64,000 nucleotides of DNA from a phage: sequence record PZ534511.1; one strand, 5' to 3'. Position 1 is the first letter of the stretch; every line of letters starts with the position of its first letter. Both the position numbers and the translations under genes were made by a program. The notes below the pieces were generated by a model. It ran no database searches and was not told the origin of the DNA. It saw only the letters and a list, made by a program, of their open reading frames with translations. Below, one piece after another: positions 35,526-43,294 of the stretch.

Positions 35526-36421
35526 ACCCTCGCATAAATTAAACTTGTATCAGTATACTTCTTTAATGGGTAAATATCCTGTCCATAGATGCAATCATTA
35601 AACACCTCATCTACCCAAAGGCTACACTTATATCCCATCATTTCTAAAACACCCATCTCTTCTTCGGTAAACTTATCACCGCTCTTGCAAGATGTCAATA
35701 CCTCATTCTGAACTCTTGCTACCTCGAAGCGGTTATTGGCAATATCGCTATTGGCGATCAAATACTCACCTAGAGGGTGTGCGGCATTAAAGATGCACAG
35801 CGGACGGCTGACGTAATAGTCTCCAGGTGTATAAAAATTGTTGAGGTCTTTCACTAGAACATTCTTATCAGTCACTTCATTTATAACATCATGCATATCG
35901 CACATCTTTATATGTTTGAGGATTCCATCCCCCATCACAAAATAAAAACTTGCTGAGACACTTTCGGCATAGATCTTACTAGATCCGTTGTAGTTGTATT
36001 TTACTCGGATGCTAACGGGGGTTTTTCCTGTCGCGTTAGCCATCATCCAAAGAAATGGCAGCTCATACTTCTCCTCTGAGGAAACAAAAGGTGAGGTAGC
36101 CAGAGATCGAAAACCTCCAGAGAAGTTGAAAGTTACAGAACCGCTCCGGCGGTATGATACCGCGTATTCTACTTTTATATCGACATACCCATTGGAATAG
36201 GTGTGTCCTTCATTATCTAAATATGTCCACTTATCAGACCCAGATACCAATCTACGCTCAATAACCTTCATCACTATAGGAATTAATGGGTTGGTACAAA
36301 CCGCTTTTGAAGTAGCTTTATCATCTAAAGCCTCGTAAATTGCAGAAAGGATGTCCCCAGCTGAAAGATTGGTTGTTATGTCCTGTTTCCACCGCGTACT
36401 AAAACTGTTAAGATTTGCCAT
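35522..36421 (-). CDS. hypothetical protein
   Basis: Track ORF 299 aa; RBS TAGGAGCAC; promoter TTGACT-17-TATAGT at 36452-36480. Confidence 0.5.
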   Translation of the reverse strand: MANLNSFSTRWKQDITTNLSAGDILSAIYEALDDKATSKAVCTNPLIPIVMKVIERRLVSGSDKWTYLDNEGHTYSNGYVDIKVEYAVSYRRSGSVTFNFSGGFRSLATSPFVSSEEKYELPFLWMMANATGKTPVSIRVKYNYNGSSKIYAESVSASFYFVMGDGILKHIKMCDMHDVINEVTDKNVLVKDLNNFYTPGDYYVSRPLCIFNAAHPLGEYLIANSDIANNRFEVARVQNEVLTSCKSGDKFTEEEMGVLEMMGYKCSLWVDEVFNDCIYGQDIYPLKKYTDTSLIYARV

Positions 36422-36451
36422 AAGTAAGTGCTCCTATGTTAGTTTTCTTTC

Positions 36452-36480
36452 GAATGGGTGCACTATATTGTGGAGTTAGA
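36452..36480 (-). promoter_or_regulatory. sigma70-like promoter (TTGACT-17-TATAGT), divergent partner of the 36504 promoter
   Basis: Read on the minus strand upstream of the 35522..36421 gene. Confidence 0.5.
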
Positions 36481-36497
36481 GTAAAGTCAACACGTTT

Positions 36498-37541
36498 TTG
36501 ATGTTGACATCTGTTGAGACAATTGATACGATTTCTTCACTTACAGAGCACGAGAGACGACTCATGAATCTTGAAAAATATTATACACCAGAAGAGTTAG
36601 AGCGCTTGCTCAAAAAATATAGACGCAAACAGAATAACGCACGGAAACGAGATATAGAGTTCGACCTGTCATGGGAAGAATACCTCCTATTTGGTAAAAA
36701 ACTTTTAGGAGATGGAGTATGCGACTATACCCTTATACCTTTTGACATGCACACAGATGAAAACGGGCTGGGGAATCCTTTCTACCCATCTCTGGAGCGG
36801 ATAGATGATGAAGGTCCTTATGCGGCTGATAACTGTTGTGTGGTGGGATTGAGATGCAACTCTCTAAAGGACTGTCTGGTAGATAAAAAGACTGCAGTCT
36901 TGATTAAAGACGAAACTGATCGAAAAATTGTCCAGCAGATGATGCTCCACCTGAGCGAAGAGCGTATGGAGAAATTGAAAGGTGATTATACTTTTGAAGA
37001 TTTCATCTTGCAATATGGAACGGAAGAGGATAAACTAGCACTCTTTGACGAAGAAGAGGAGGAAGATATGCTACCGATGTCTAAAGTTACTTATCGTGCA
37101 CCCAAGAAGCACATTTCCGACATTGTAAACGAGCCTATCACAGAAGAGATTGAAGAAATGACGCAACAGGTGCATGAAGAGGAAAAAGAGACTCAGGAGG
37201 TCGAAGAGGAGCTTACAGAAGAGGTTCCTGCACTACCTGATGATGTTGAGATTGCCAAAGCTTACACTTTCTATTGTCAAACGTTCTACGATGTAGGTAT
37301 GAAAGTTGATCTGTCATTCAGCCAATTTAAGAGTTCGTATATTCGCAAATGCTGTGCTTTAACTGGTGAACGTCTTGGAGCTGGACTTAAACCCCTGTTG
37401 GTGACCGACTGGAATAAAGGTTTCACTAAAGGAAACTTTATGGTAGTATCTCCAATTATGGAGAAAGCTATGACAGATCTTATGAAGACCACCCGCATGA
37501 CAATGACCGAGTTGGCAGGTATTTTCAAACACGTTAAATAA
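36498..37541 (+). CDS. protein with two tandem degenerate HNH/endonuclease VII-like domains (probable true start about 36564, MNLEKYY...)
   Basis: Internal duplication (DLSWEEY..GVCDYT.. and DLSFSQF..CCALTG..); CxxC..N..CN..K-like remnants; track start is TTG inside the promoter; contains internal MSKVTYRA start-like repeat. Confidence 0.4.
   Translation: MMLTSVETIDTISSLTEHERRLMNLEKYYTPEELERLLKKYRRKQNNARKRDIEFDLSWEEYLLFGKKLLGDGVCDYTLIPFDMHTDENGLGNPFYPSLERIDDEGPYAADNCCVVGLRCNSLKDCLVDKKTAVLIKDETDRKIVQQMMLHLSEERMEKLKGDYTFEDFILQYGTEEDKLALFDEEEEEDMLPMSKVTYRAPKKHISDIVNEPITEEIEEMTQQVHEEEKETQEVEEELTEEVPALPDDVEIAKAYTFYCQTFYDVGMKVDLSFSQFKSSYIRKCCALTGERLGAGLKPLLVTDWNKGFTKGNFMVVSPIMEKAMTDLMKTTRMTMTELAGIFKHVK
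36504..36532 (+). promoter_or_regulatory. sigma70-like promoter (TTGACA-17-TACGAT) driving the plus-strand island
   Basis: Hexamers read directly; overlaps the first codons of the over-extended track ORF. Confidence 0.5.
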
Positions 37542-37553
37542 TGACAGGGGCCA

Positions 37554-39035
37554 ATGGCCCCTTCTGGAGTTTTAATGGATAGCAGAAGTTCAGAAATCAT
37601 TGCCTCGCAGAAAGATGATGCCCTGAGAATGTTGCAGGCTGCACGTATGTATCTCCTTGAAAAGCTGCCGTTTTATGGCACACTACTGTCAGGGTTGCAG
37701 TTCGTAGAAAACCACACATGGTGCTCCACCATGGCAACCGACCATAAACGCATCTACTACAGCCCTGAGTTCATTATGGGGTTGGCGGATGAGCGTAAAA
37801 CCATTCTTAAAGCATCTCTGACTGACAAGCAGTTTGAGATGGCTGAGGTTTTCTATTCCCCAAAATCTGTGAAAGAGGTGGCCTTTCTTCTGTCACATGA
37901 GGTGGGGCATATTATCTGTGATCATCTGGTCCGTGGTAAAAGCTTTGAGCCGGAACTGTTCAATATTGCTTGTGATCACGTTATCAACACAGGTCTTGTG
38001 GTTGACTTTAGCAAGCCTCCTTGTGTTTTCTTCCCGAAGGGGAAAAGCACTGAGTTCGTAAAAGGTAAGCCTTTTGGCTTCTTAGCTAATTGCTACTGCG
38101 ACATGAGGTTTCATGGATGGATTGCTGAGAACGTCTATGCAGTTCTTGATAAACAAAGAGATCAGAATGGCGGTAAAAGTAAGAACGGTAAAGGTGAGAA
38201 CTCCCAAGGAGATAAACGACAAACCGATGATCACATGAGCGGGAACGGTGGCACTAGTGATGATCTTGGAAAGGCTATGGGGTATGATCAGCCGCAACCA
38301 GTAATCAGTCAATCTGACAAAGATCAGGCCATGCAGGACTCTGGTGACATGTTGGAAGCAGCAATGCAAGCTTCAGGAGGTCGTTGCCCCGAGGCGGTGC
38401 GCGAGTTTGTCAAAAACAGAGGCAAGCCTGTAATCAATTATATAGATATTATTAAGCAACGTATGTTATCTAAAAGAAAGGCTGAGTTAACCTACAGAAA
38501 ACCTGGTCGCCGATCTGGGTCTTTGACCACCACAATGCGAAAAGTTGGAGCTATAAACAAGAATCAACACGTTATTGTTCCTGGTCGTAATCCGGAAAAC
38601 ACTATAGATATTGTAGTGGCTTTAGACGTTTCTGGGTCGATCTCACAAAGAACTTTAAAGAAAATGTTCAATGAGATCACCGGGTTGTGCAATTTGTATA
38701 AAGAGTTTAAGGTTACTATGTTCTGTTGGTCAACGGAGGTTGGAGAGGTTAAAGTATACACTCGCGGTAACATCGATGAGATGATTAACTATGAGGTCCA
38801 CTCAACATGGGGCACAACAGCCGCCTGCGTGTTCGAGTATCTGGATGCTAACATACCGAATGCAAAAGATGTCATCGTCCTTACCGACCTCTACTTTGAG
38901 CATAACTTTGAACAAAAGGCTGTTGACAACAAGTGGAAAAAGTACGATACTTTATGGGTTCTCACCGAAGGGTATAATAAAAATTATATCCCGAGCTTTG
39001 GGAAAACTGTGGAATTAATCGAGTACGCTAAGTAA
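37554..39035 (+). CDS. VWA-domain protein with N-terminal HExxH metallopeptidase-like motif
   Basis: HEVGHIICDH motif near residue 115; MIDAS motif VALDVSGSIS in the C-terminal half. Confidence 0.6.
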   Translation: MAPSGVLMDSRSSEIIASQKDDALRMLQAARMYLLEKLPFYGTLLSGLQFVENHTWCSTMATDHKRIYYSPEFIMGLADERKTILKASLTDKQFEMAEVFYSPKSVKEVAFLLSHEVGHIICDHLVRGKSFEPELFNIACDHVINTGLVVDFSKPPCVFFPKGKSTEFVKGKPFGFLANCYCDMRFHGWIAENVYAVLDKQRDQNGGKSKNGKGENSQGDKRQTDDHMSGNGGTSDDLGKAMGYDQPQPVISQSDKDQAMQDSGDMLEAAMQASGGRCPEAVREFVKNRGKPVINYIDIIKQRMLSKRKAELTYRKPGRRSGSLTTTMRKVGAINKNQHVIVPGRNPENTIDIVVALDVSGSISQRTLKKMFNEITGLCNLYKEFKVTMFCWSTEVGEVKVYTRGNIDEMINYEVHSTWGTTAACVFEYLDANIPNAKDVIVLTDLYFEHNFEQKAVDNKWKKYDTLWVLTEGYNKNYIPSFGKTVELIEYAK

Positions 39036-39041
39036 GAGAGG

Positions 39042-39308
39042 ATGGTATTTATGGCAACAGAGGTAGTAATTAAAGCTGAACGCCCAGTTAAAAAAGCTAT
39101 CAACACGTTCCCTGTAGGAACCATTGTGAGCATGATTACAGAGTCAGGCCGTGTATCTACACTGCTAATCGTGAAATCTGCATGCTCATCTTGTGTGTGG
39201 GCATACGATCTTGACGAGAAAGAACTGAAAGATTTTGTTGGGGAGCTGAAAGCAACAGAGCTTGACGCTCGTATCGAAGTATTTGGTGAAACTATGAAGG
39301 AAGAGTAA
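39042..39308 (+). CDS. hypothetical protein
   Basis: Track ORF 88 aa; RBS AGAGAGGATGG. Confidence 0.45.
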   Translation: MVFMATEVVIKAERPVKKAINTFPVGTIVSMITESGRVSTLLIVKSACSSCVWAYDLDEKELKDFVGELKATELDARIEVFGETMKEE

Positions 39309-39571
39309 TGACTACAAAAATCACTATTGCAGAACCAAAAGCTAACACGCAACCTATCGAAAAGTTTAAATGCGGTGAGGTGGTAACATTCACACCGGAT
39401 AATGAAGATGCTAAGATTTTTGCCATGGTCACAGCCGAGTGGATGTGTGACAATACCACACAGGTGCTGCGTTTTGACACCTATCTTACAGATGAAATCA
39501 GGAACGACAAGATTGTGACTGGTGTGGATACTGAGATTATTTTCTACAAGAGCTTTTTAGAGGGTTTCTGA
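39308..39571 (+). CDS. hypothetical protein
   Basis: Track ORF 87 aa; start overlaps the upstream stop. Confidence 0.45.
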   Translation: MTTKITIAEPKANTQPIEKFKCGEVVTFTPDNEDAKIFAMVTAEWMCDNTTQVLRFDTYLTDEIRNDKIVTGVDTEIIFYKSFLEGF

Positions 39572-39572
39572 T

Positions 39573-39806
39573 ATGGCAAAAATTCGTAAATTATCCAGCA
39601 ATCAGGTTGTGAAAGACTTTGAATCTGGAGAGATTTTGTATGTTCGTGATGCAGATGATGAAGGTGAAGATCTTGTTATGCTGGTAGGGCACGCTGAAGA
39701 CGGATGCATACAGGCTGTTTTTCTTGAAACAGCTATGGTGCACTGGATAGAGCTGGACCTGAAAGCACGAAAACCTAAAGCAGAAATCCTGATTTACGAA
39801 GATTAA
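39573..39806 (+). CDS. hypothetical protein
   Basis: Track ORF 77 aa. Confidence 0.45.
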   Translation: MAKIRKLSSNQVVKDFESGEILYVRDADDEGEDLVMLVGHAEDGCIQAVFLETAMVHWIELDLKARKPKAEILIYED

Positions 39807-39822
39807 CAAAAAGGAGATAACC

Positions 39823-40272
39823 GTGTTGAGCAAACGTGAATGCGACAGCATTAGCCTGAATTCTTATAAGAAACAATGGTTTGGGGTGGAAGTTTGCCGA
39901 CTGCGGCTAGGATCCTACCTGAACTTCGTCTATTATGAGAGTGACAGTCGTATCGTTTCTTATGAAGTGTTCTACACTAAGAACACATTCGAACTGCGCC
40001 GTAAAGTAGATGGCGGGAGAACTACCGCTCAGAATAATTGGGAAACTATCCTACCTACAGATGTTATAGGAAGTCCCCTGAATGTATCTGAAGATGAAAA
40101 TCTTATGGTTCATGCTATGATGGGACTTGACAGCTTAGAGCTGGCAATCTATGATATGTCCATCGAAGCAGTTAAGCTGGACTACATCGAAAACACTTTA
40201 GAGGAAGGTATCAAGAAGTTTCTCAGTGAGAAATTAAAAGACCACTTTCATAAGGAGCTATACCTGTTATGA
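39823..40272 (+). CDS. hypothetical protein
   Basis: Track ORF 149 aa; RBS AAAGGAGATAACC. Confidence 0.5.
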   Translation: MLSKRECDSISLNSYKKQWFGVEVCRLRLGSYLNFVYYESDSRIVSYEVFYTKNTFELRRKVDGGRTTAQNNWETILPTDVIGSPLNVSEDENLMVHAMMGLDSLELAIYDMSIEAVKLDYIENTLEEGIKKFLSEKLKDHFHKELYLL

Positions 40273-40514
40273 AGACCCGTAAAGAACGTAACAAAATTTT
40301 ACCTGGAGCTCTAGAACACCTGATGAAGTGCAGATCTATTTGGCACTCTGCCAAGGAAGGGCAGAAGGTGGTTGTGGTTAGTGACAATACCAACCCGTTT
40401 GGAGATTATACCACTATGATGGCCCCGTATGTCCGTGATGGTGTTGTGGAAGTGGTCCCTTACAACGGTCTGCATGAACGGCACTTTGAAAGCACTTTGC
40501 TAGTGGAGCTATAG
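40269..40514 (+). CDS. hypothetical protein
   Basis: Track ORF 81 aa; 4 nt overlap. Confidence 0.45.
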   Translation: MKTRKERNKILPGALEHLMKCRSIWHSAKEGQKVVVVSDNTNPFGDYTTMMAPYVRDGVVEVVPYNGLHERHFESTLLVEL

Positions 40515-40516
40515 TC

Positions 40517-41083
40517 ATGGCGGTCAATGTGGCTTACAACACAGGAAAGCTTGACAGAGACATTGGGTGTCTTGTCCTTTCAGATACAGAAGAGTATTGG
40601 GGTTATGGGTTGCTGTCAGACCCACACCCGAGCAACCTTGTATCAACAGTGCTATACCGCTACGACCCTGTGCCAACGGTACACGACAAAGACATTCACG
40701 ACCTTCGGATCAAGTGTCTGGAAGATCTGCTGAACAATGGTTGCAACGATCTGCGGGTAGCCAAAGAGAAGCTTACAAACATTCACAAAGAGGAAGTGAT
40801 GAGCACCCTCAGTAAGAGATCAGTGCACAAAAAGATGATGCTGAACTTTGCAATGGGTATCTACATGGACGGGTATAAGGGAGGTGATCCGGTCCTCAAG
40901 CTTCGCTGCCCGACACTGTGGGAAAGAGTGGTTGACAGTAAGGACGGCACTGCCCTGCTCGAACTCCACACCGCAGGTTGGATTTGGCGGTATGTAGACG
41001 GATACCCTCTGTGGGCATGTGGACCTGGGGAATTTGTTGACAGACCTAGCGCGGTAGTGGACTTGCTATTACAGTTTGAATAA
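40517..41083 (+). CDS. hypothetical protein
   Basis: Track ORF 188 aa. Confidence 0.5.
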   Translation: MAVNVAYNTGKLDRDIGCLVLSDTEEYWGYGLLSDPHPSNLVSTVLYRYDPVPTVHDKDIHDLRIKCLEDLLNNGCNDLRVAKEKLTNIHKEEVMSTLSKRSVHKKMMLNFAMGIYMDGYKGGDPVLKLRCPTLWERVVDSKDGTALLELHTAGWIWRYVDGYPLWACGPGEFVDRPSAVVDLLLQFE

Positions 41084-41142
41084 AAGGTGAGTTATAAGGT
41101 ATTCATGCACCTACCAACAACAATACAACAGGAGAGACTGAG

Positions 41143-41418
41143 ATGACGAAAGAAGAGGCCGACGTATTAGATTTTGCACTAGAGGCTACGCAGGAGGCTT
41201 TGGTGTTAGCTTGGAAAATGAACCAGCGTGCTGCAGAATGCAACCGTCGCATCAATGAGATTCTGGGCATGTCTATGTATGATTTCACTATGCATGCCGG
41301 AGAGATTCCTGAACTAACTGCAGAGATGAATGATCTTGACAATAAAATTAATATCATTCTGAAGACAGCAGAAACAACCCACCAAACCGCCCGTAAATTT
41401 ATCAACGAGAAGGTGTGA
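41143..41418 (+). CDS. hypothetical protein
   Basis: Track ORF 91 aa; RBS CAGGAGAGACTGAG. Confidence 0.45.
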   Translation: MTKEEADVLDFALEATQEALVLAWKMNQRAAECNRRINEILGMSMYDFTMHAGEIPELTAEMNDLDNKINIILKTAETTHQTARKFINEKV

Positions 41419-41894
41419 ATATGGACTACAGCTACTGCGGGGAAGAAGTTCCTTTTAACTACAGTAATCTTACCACAAGCAATCCATACGAGACTCGCCA
41501 CGGCACACACATCATTGCCATCGACTTTGATGGAACGTTTAATGCGAGCCCTTTCATCTTCTCCCGCCTGATCAGGGATCTGAAGAAGGAGGGGTGGACA
41601 GTCTACCTTGTGACTTTCCGATTCATTACTCAAGACAATGTAGACATTGAGTATTGGCGCAAGGAGCTCGATGTTGGTGTGTTCTACACAGGCGGTGTGC
41701 AGAAGGCAGCCTACTTGGCGCAGTTTGATATCTACCCAGATATCTGGATTGATGATTCTCCGGCATGTATTCCGGCTAAGAATCAGTTAGAGTTTGCAAT
41801 GAAGGAGATTGAGTACAAGTCTGAGGCTAAGCGGAACGGATGGCCCTTTATTATTGAAGATTACCCAGATCCTGAACCGGAGAAAGAGCCATGA
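41415..41894 (+). CDS. HAD-superfamily phosphatase (candidate 5'-deoxynucleotidase)
   Basis: HAD motif I IAIDFDGTF and C-terminal acidic motif IWIDDSP. Confidence 0.5.
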   Translation: MNMDYSYCGEEVPFNYSNLTTSNPYETRHGTHIIAIDFDGTFNASPFIFSRLIRDLKKEGWTVYLVTFRFITQDNVDIEYWRKELDVGVFYTGGVQKAAYLAQFDIYPDIWIDDSPACIPAKNQLEFAMKEIEYKSEAKRNGWPFIIEDYPDPEPEKEP

Positions 41895-42091
41895 GGCGAA
41901 GATATCATTACCTGATGTGGAAGTTATATCATGGTGCTGCTAAAGCTTACCGCACCGTGTTTGGTAATGACAATCACTGCATTATGTTACACCTTACCGC
42001 CATTGAACATCACAATGAGTGGATTCGTGCAATCGTAATAGGTGACAAAGATTTTAAGTAAAGTATTGCTTTCTAGATGGAGACTGATTAA

Positions 42092-42472
42092 ATGTGCAAG
42101 TGTAAATCCTATAATTGGAAAGTGAAAGGTGCCAAGCATCAAAATGTTATCGTTGATGTGCCTAAAAAGCTCCGTGACGGCAAAAAACGTGTGTGCCTTG
42201 ATAAGTGCATGGCTAAGCCTATCATGAGTCTATGGGCGGCAGGATTGAAAACTCTAAACTGCTGCTGTGGTCATAACAAAGATGTTCCAAGTATCATTAT
42301 CCCAGAGGATGCAGACCCTAAAGCTTATGCCAAAATACTGACCCGCTACCCCAGCACCTTCCTGATCGGAAAATGGTGTCACGATGAACTTCAATGGTGG
42401 GTAGCATACGGTAGTATAGGTACTGCTTTTGGCTTCCCAGCTTTGTCAGAGCGCTACGTCAAAGCGTCATAA
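42092..42472 (+). CDS. hypothetical Cys-rich protein
   Basis: Track ORF 126 aa; CKCK..C..C..CCC cluster. Confidence 0.45.
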   Translation: MCKCKSYNWKVKGAKHQNVIVDVPKKLRDGKKRVCLDKCMAKPIMSLWAAGLKTLNCCCGHNKDVPSIIIPEDADPKAYAKILTRYPSTFLIGKWCHDELQWWVAYGSIGTAFGFPALSERYVKAS

Positions 42473-42577
42473 CCTATTTTAAGGCCTCAAACGAGGCCTG
42501 TGCCTTCATAAATTGCCCTACCCTGTGTGATTACCCTCCTGAACAAAATACCCCCCCAGAATCGCTTAAAATTAAAC

Positions 42578-42606
42578 TTGACACCAACACCAGATCTATG
42601 TATGAT
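42578..42606 (+). promoter_or_regulatory. sigma70-like promoter (TTGACA-17-TATGAT)
   Basis: Hexamers read directly; overlaps the first ATG of the track ORF, so the gene probably starts at the RBS-supported Met near 42637. Confidence 0.5.
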
Positions 42607-43044
42607 TATCTCACCAACCGAACAGAGGAGATCGTCATGGATAATCTTGCGGATGTAAATGTCGAAATTGTTAAACTAAAGTTCTTAGGCTTTCGAGACC
42701 CTTATTCTTTAACAGCTATACTAATGGACACTCACTTCACACCAGGTAAAGAGTACACTGCCTTCCGTTATATTTGCGGAGATCACGAATCAGCTTATAG
42801 TGTGAATACAAACCTCGGTGAGGGATATTTCATCAGAGATATCGCAGATCACTTGTGGGGTATGTGGGAGTTGGTGGAGGAAGAGAATAAATCCCTTCCT
42901 AAAGAGATTTGGGTGCACACCTTCCACACAGGTAAGTTTGGAGGTACGGAACATAAATCTATCCACTATGATGAAGAAAGTGCCATTAAACAACAAGCTG
43001 TGCTTGGTGGATCTGTAGAAAAATTTGTTAAATGCGAGGACTGA
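42598..43044 (+). CDS. hypothetical protein (probable start about 42637, MDNLADV...)
   Basis: Internal ATG preceded by AGAGGAGATCGTC RBS. Confidence 0.5.
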   Translation: MYDYLTNRTEEIVMDNLADVNVEIVKLKFLGFRDPYSLTAILMDTHFTPGKEYTAFRYICGDHESAYSVNTNLGEGYFIRDIADHLWGMWELVEEENKSLPKEIWVHTFHTGKFGGTEHKSIHYDEESAIKQQAVLGGSVEKFVKCED

Positions 43045-43047
43045 GAA

Positions 43048-43248
43048 ATGGCTGATTTTTGCAAAGATTGTTCTGAAGAGTTGTTTGGTCGTGACTGCGG
43101 AGATCTGAAAGGACTGATCACAGAGGACCAGTGGAAGGAAGGTTATGCGGCCCCTGTTATCTGTGAAGGCTGTGGTTACACCTATGTCGATCATGAAGGT
43201 AAGCGTGTCCAGCCGTCTGAAGATGGGTCGTGTTGGGAATATTACTAA
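43048..43248 (+). CDS. hypothetical zinc-ribbon protein
   Basis: CKDC ... CEGCG motifs; RBS upstream. Confidence 0.45.
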   Translation: MADFCKDCSEELFGRDCGDLKGLITEDQWKEGYAAPVICEGCGYTYVDHEGKRVQPSEDGSCWEYY

Positions 43249-43253
43249 TTATA

Positions 43254-43287
43254 AAAAGAAAGGGGCCGTCTGGCCCCTTTTTATTTG
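43254..43287. terminator. bidirectional rho-independent terminator between convergent gene blocks
   Basis: AAAAGAAAGGGGCCGTCTGGCCCCTTTTTATTT: perfect GGGGCC/GGCCCC stem flanked by an A-run and a T-run. Confidence 0.7.
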
Positions 43288-43294
43288 CCTCCTG

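Noticed and set aside
35211-37099. Inverted repeats as a site-specific invertible switch (Gin/Hin-type)
   Set aside because: No serine invertase or other recombinase gene is evident nearby and the repeats overlap coding starts; kept as a finding but not annotated as a mobile or invertible element
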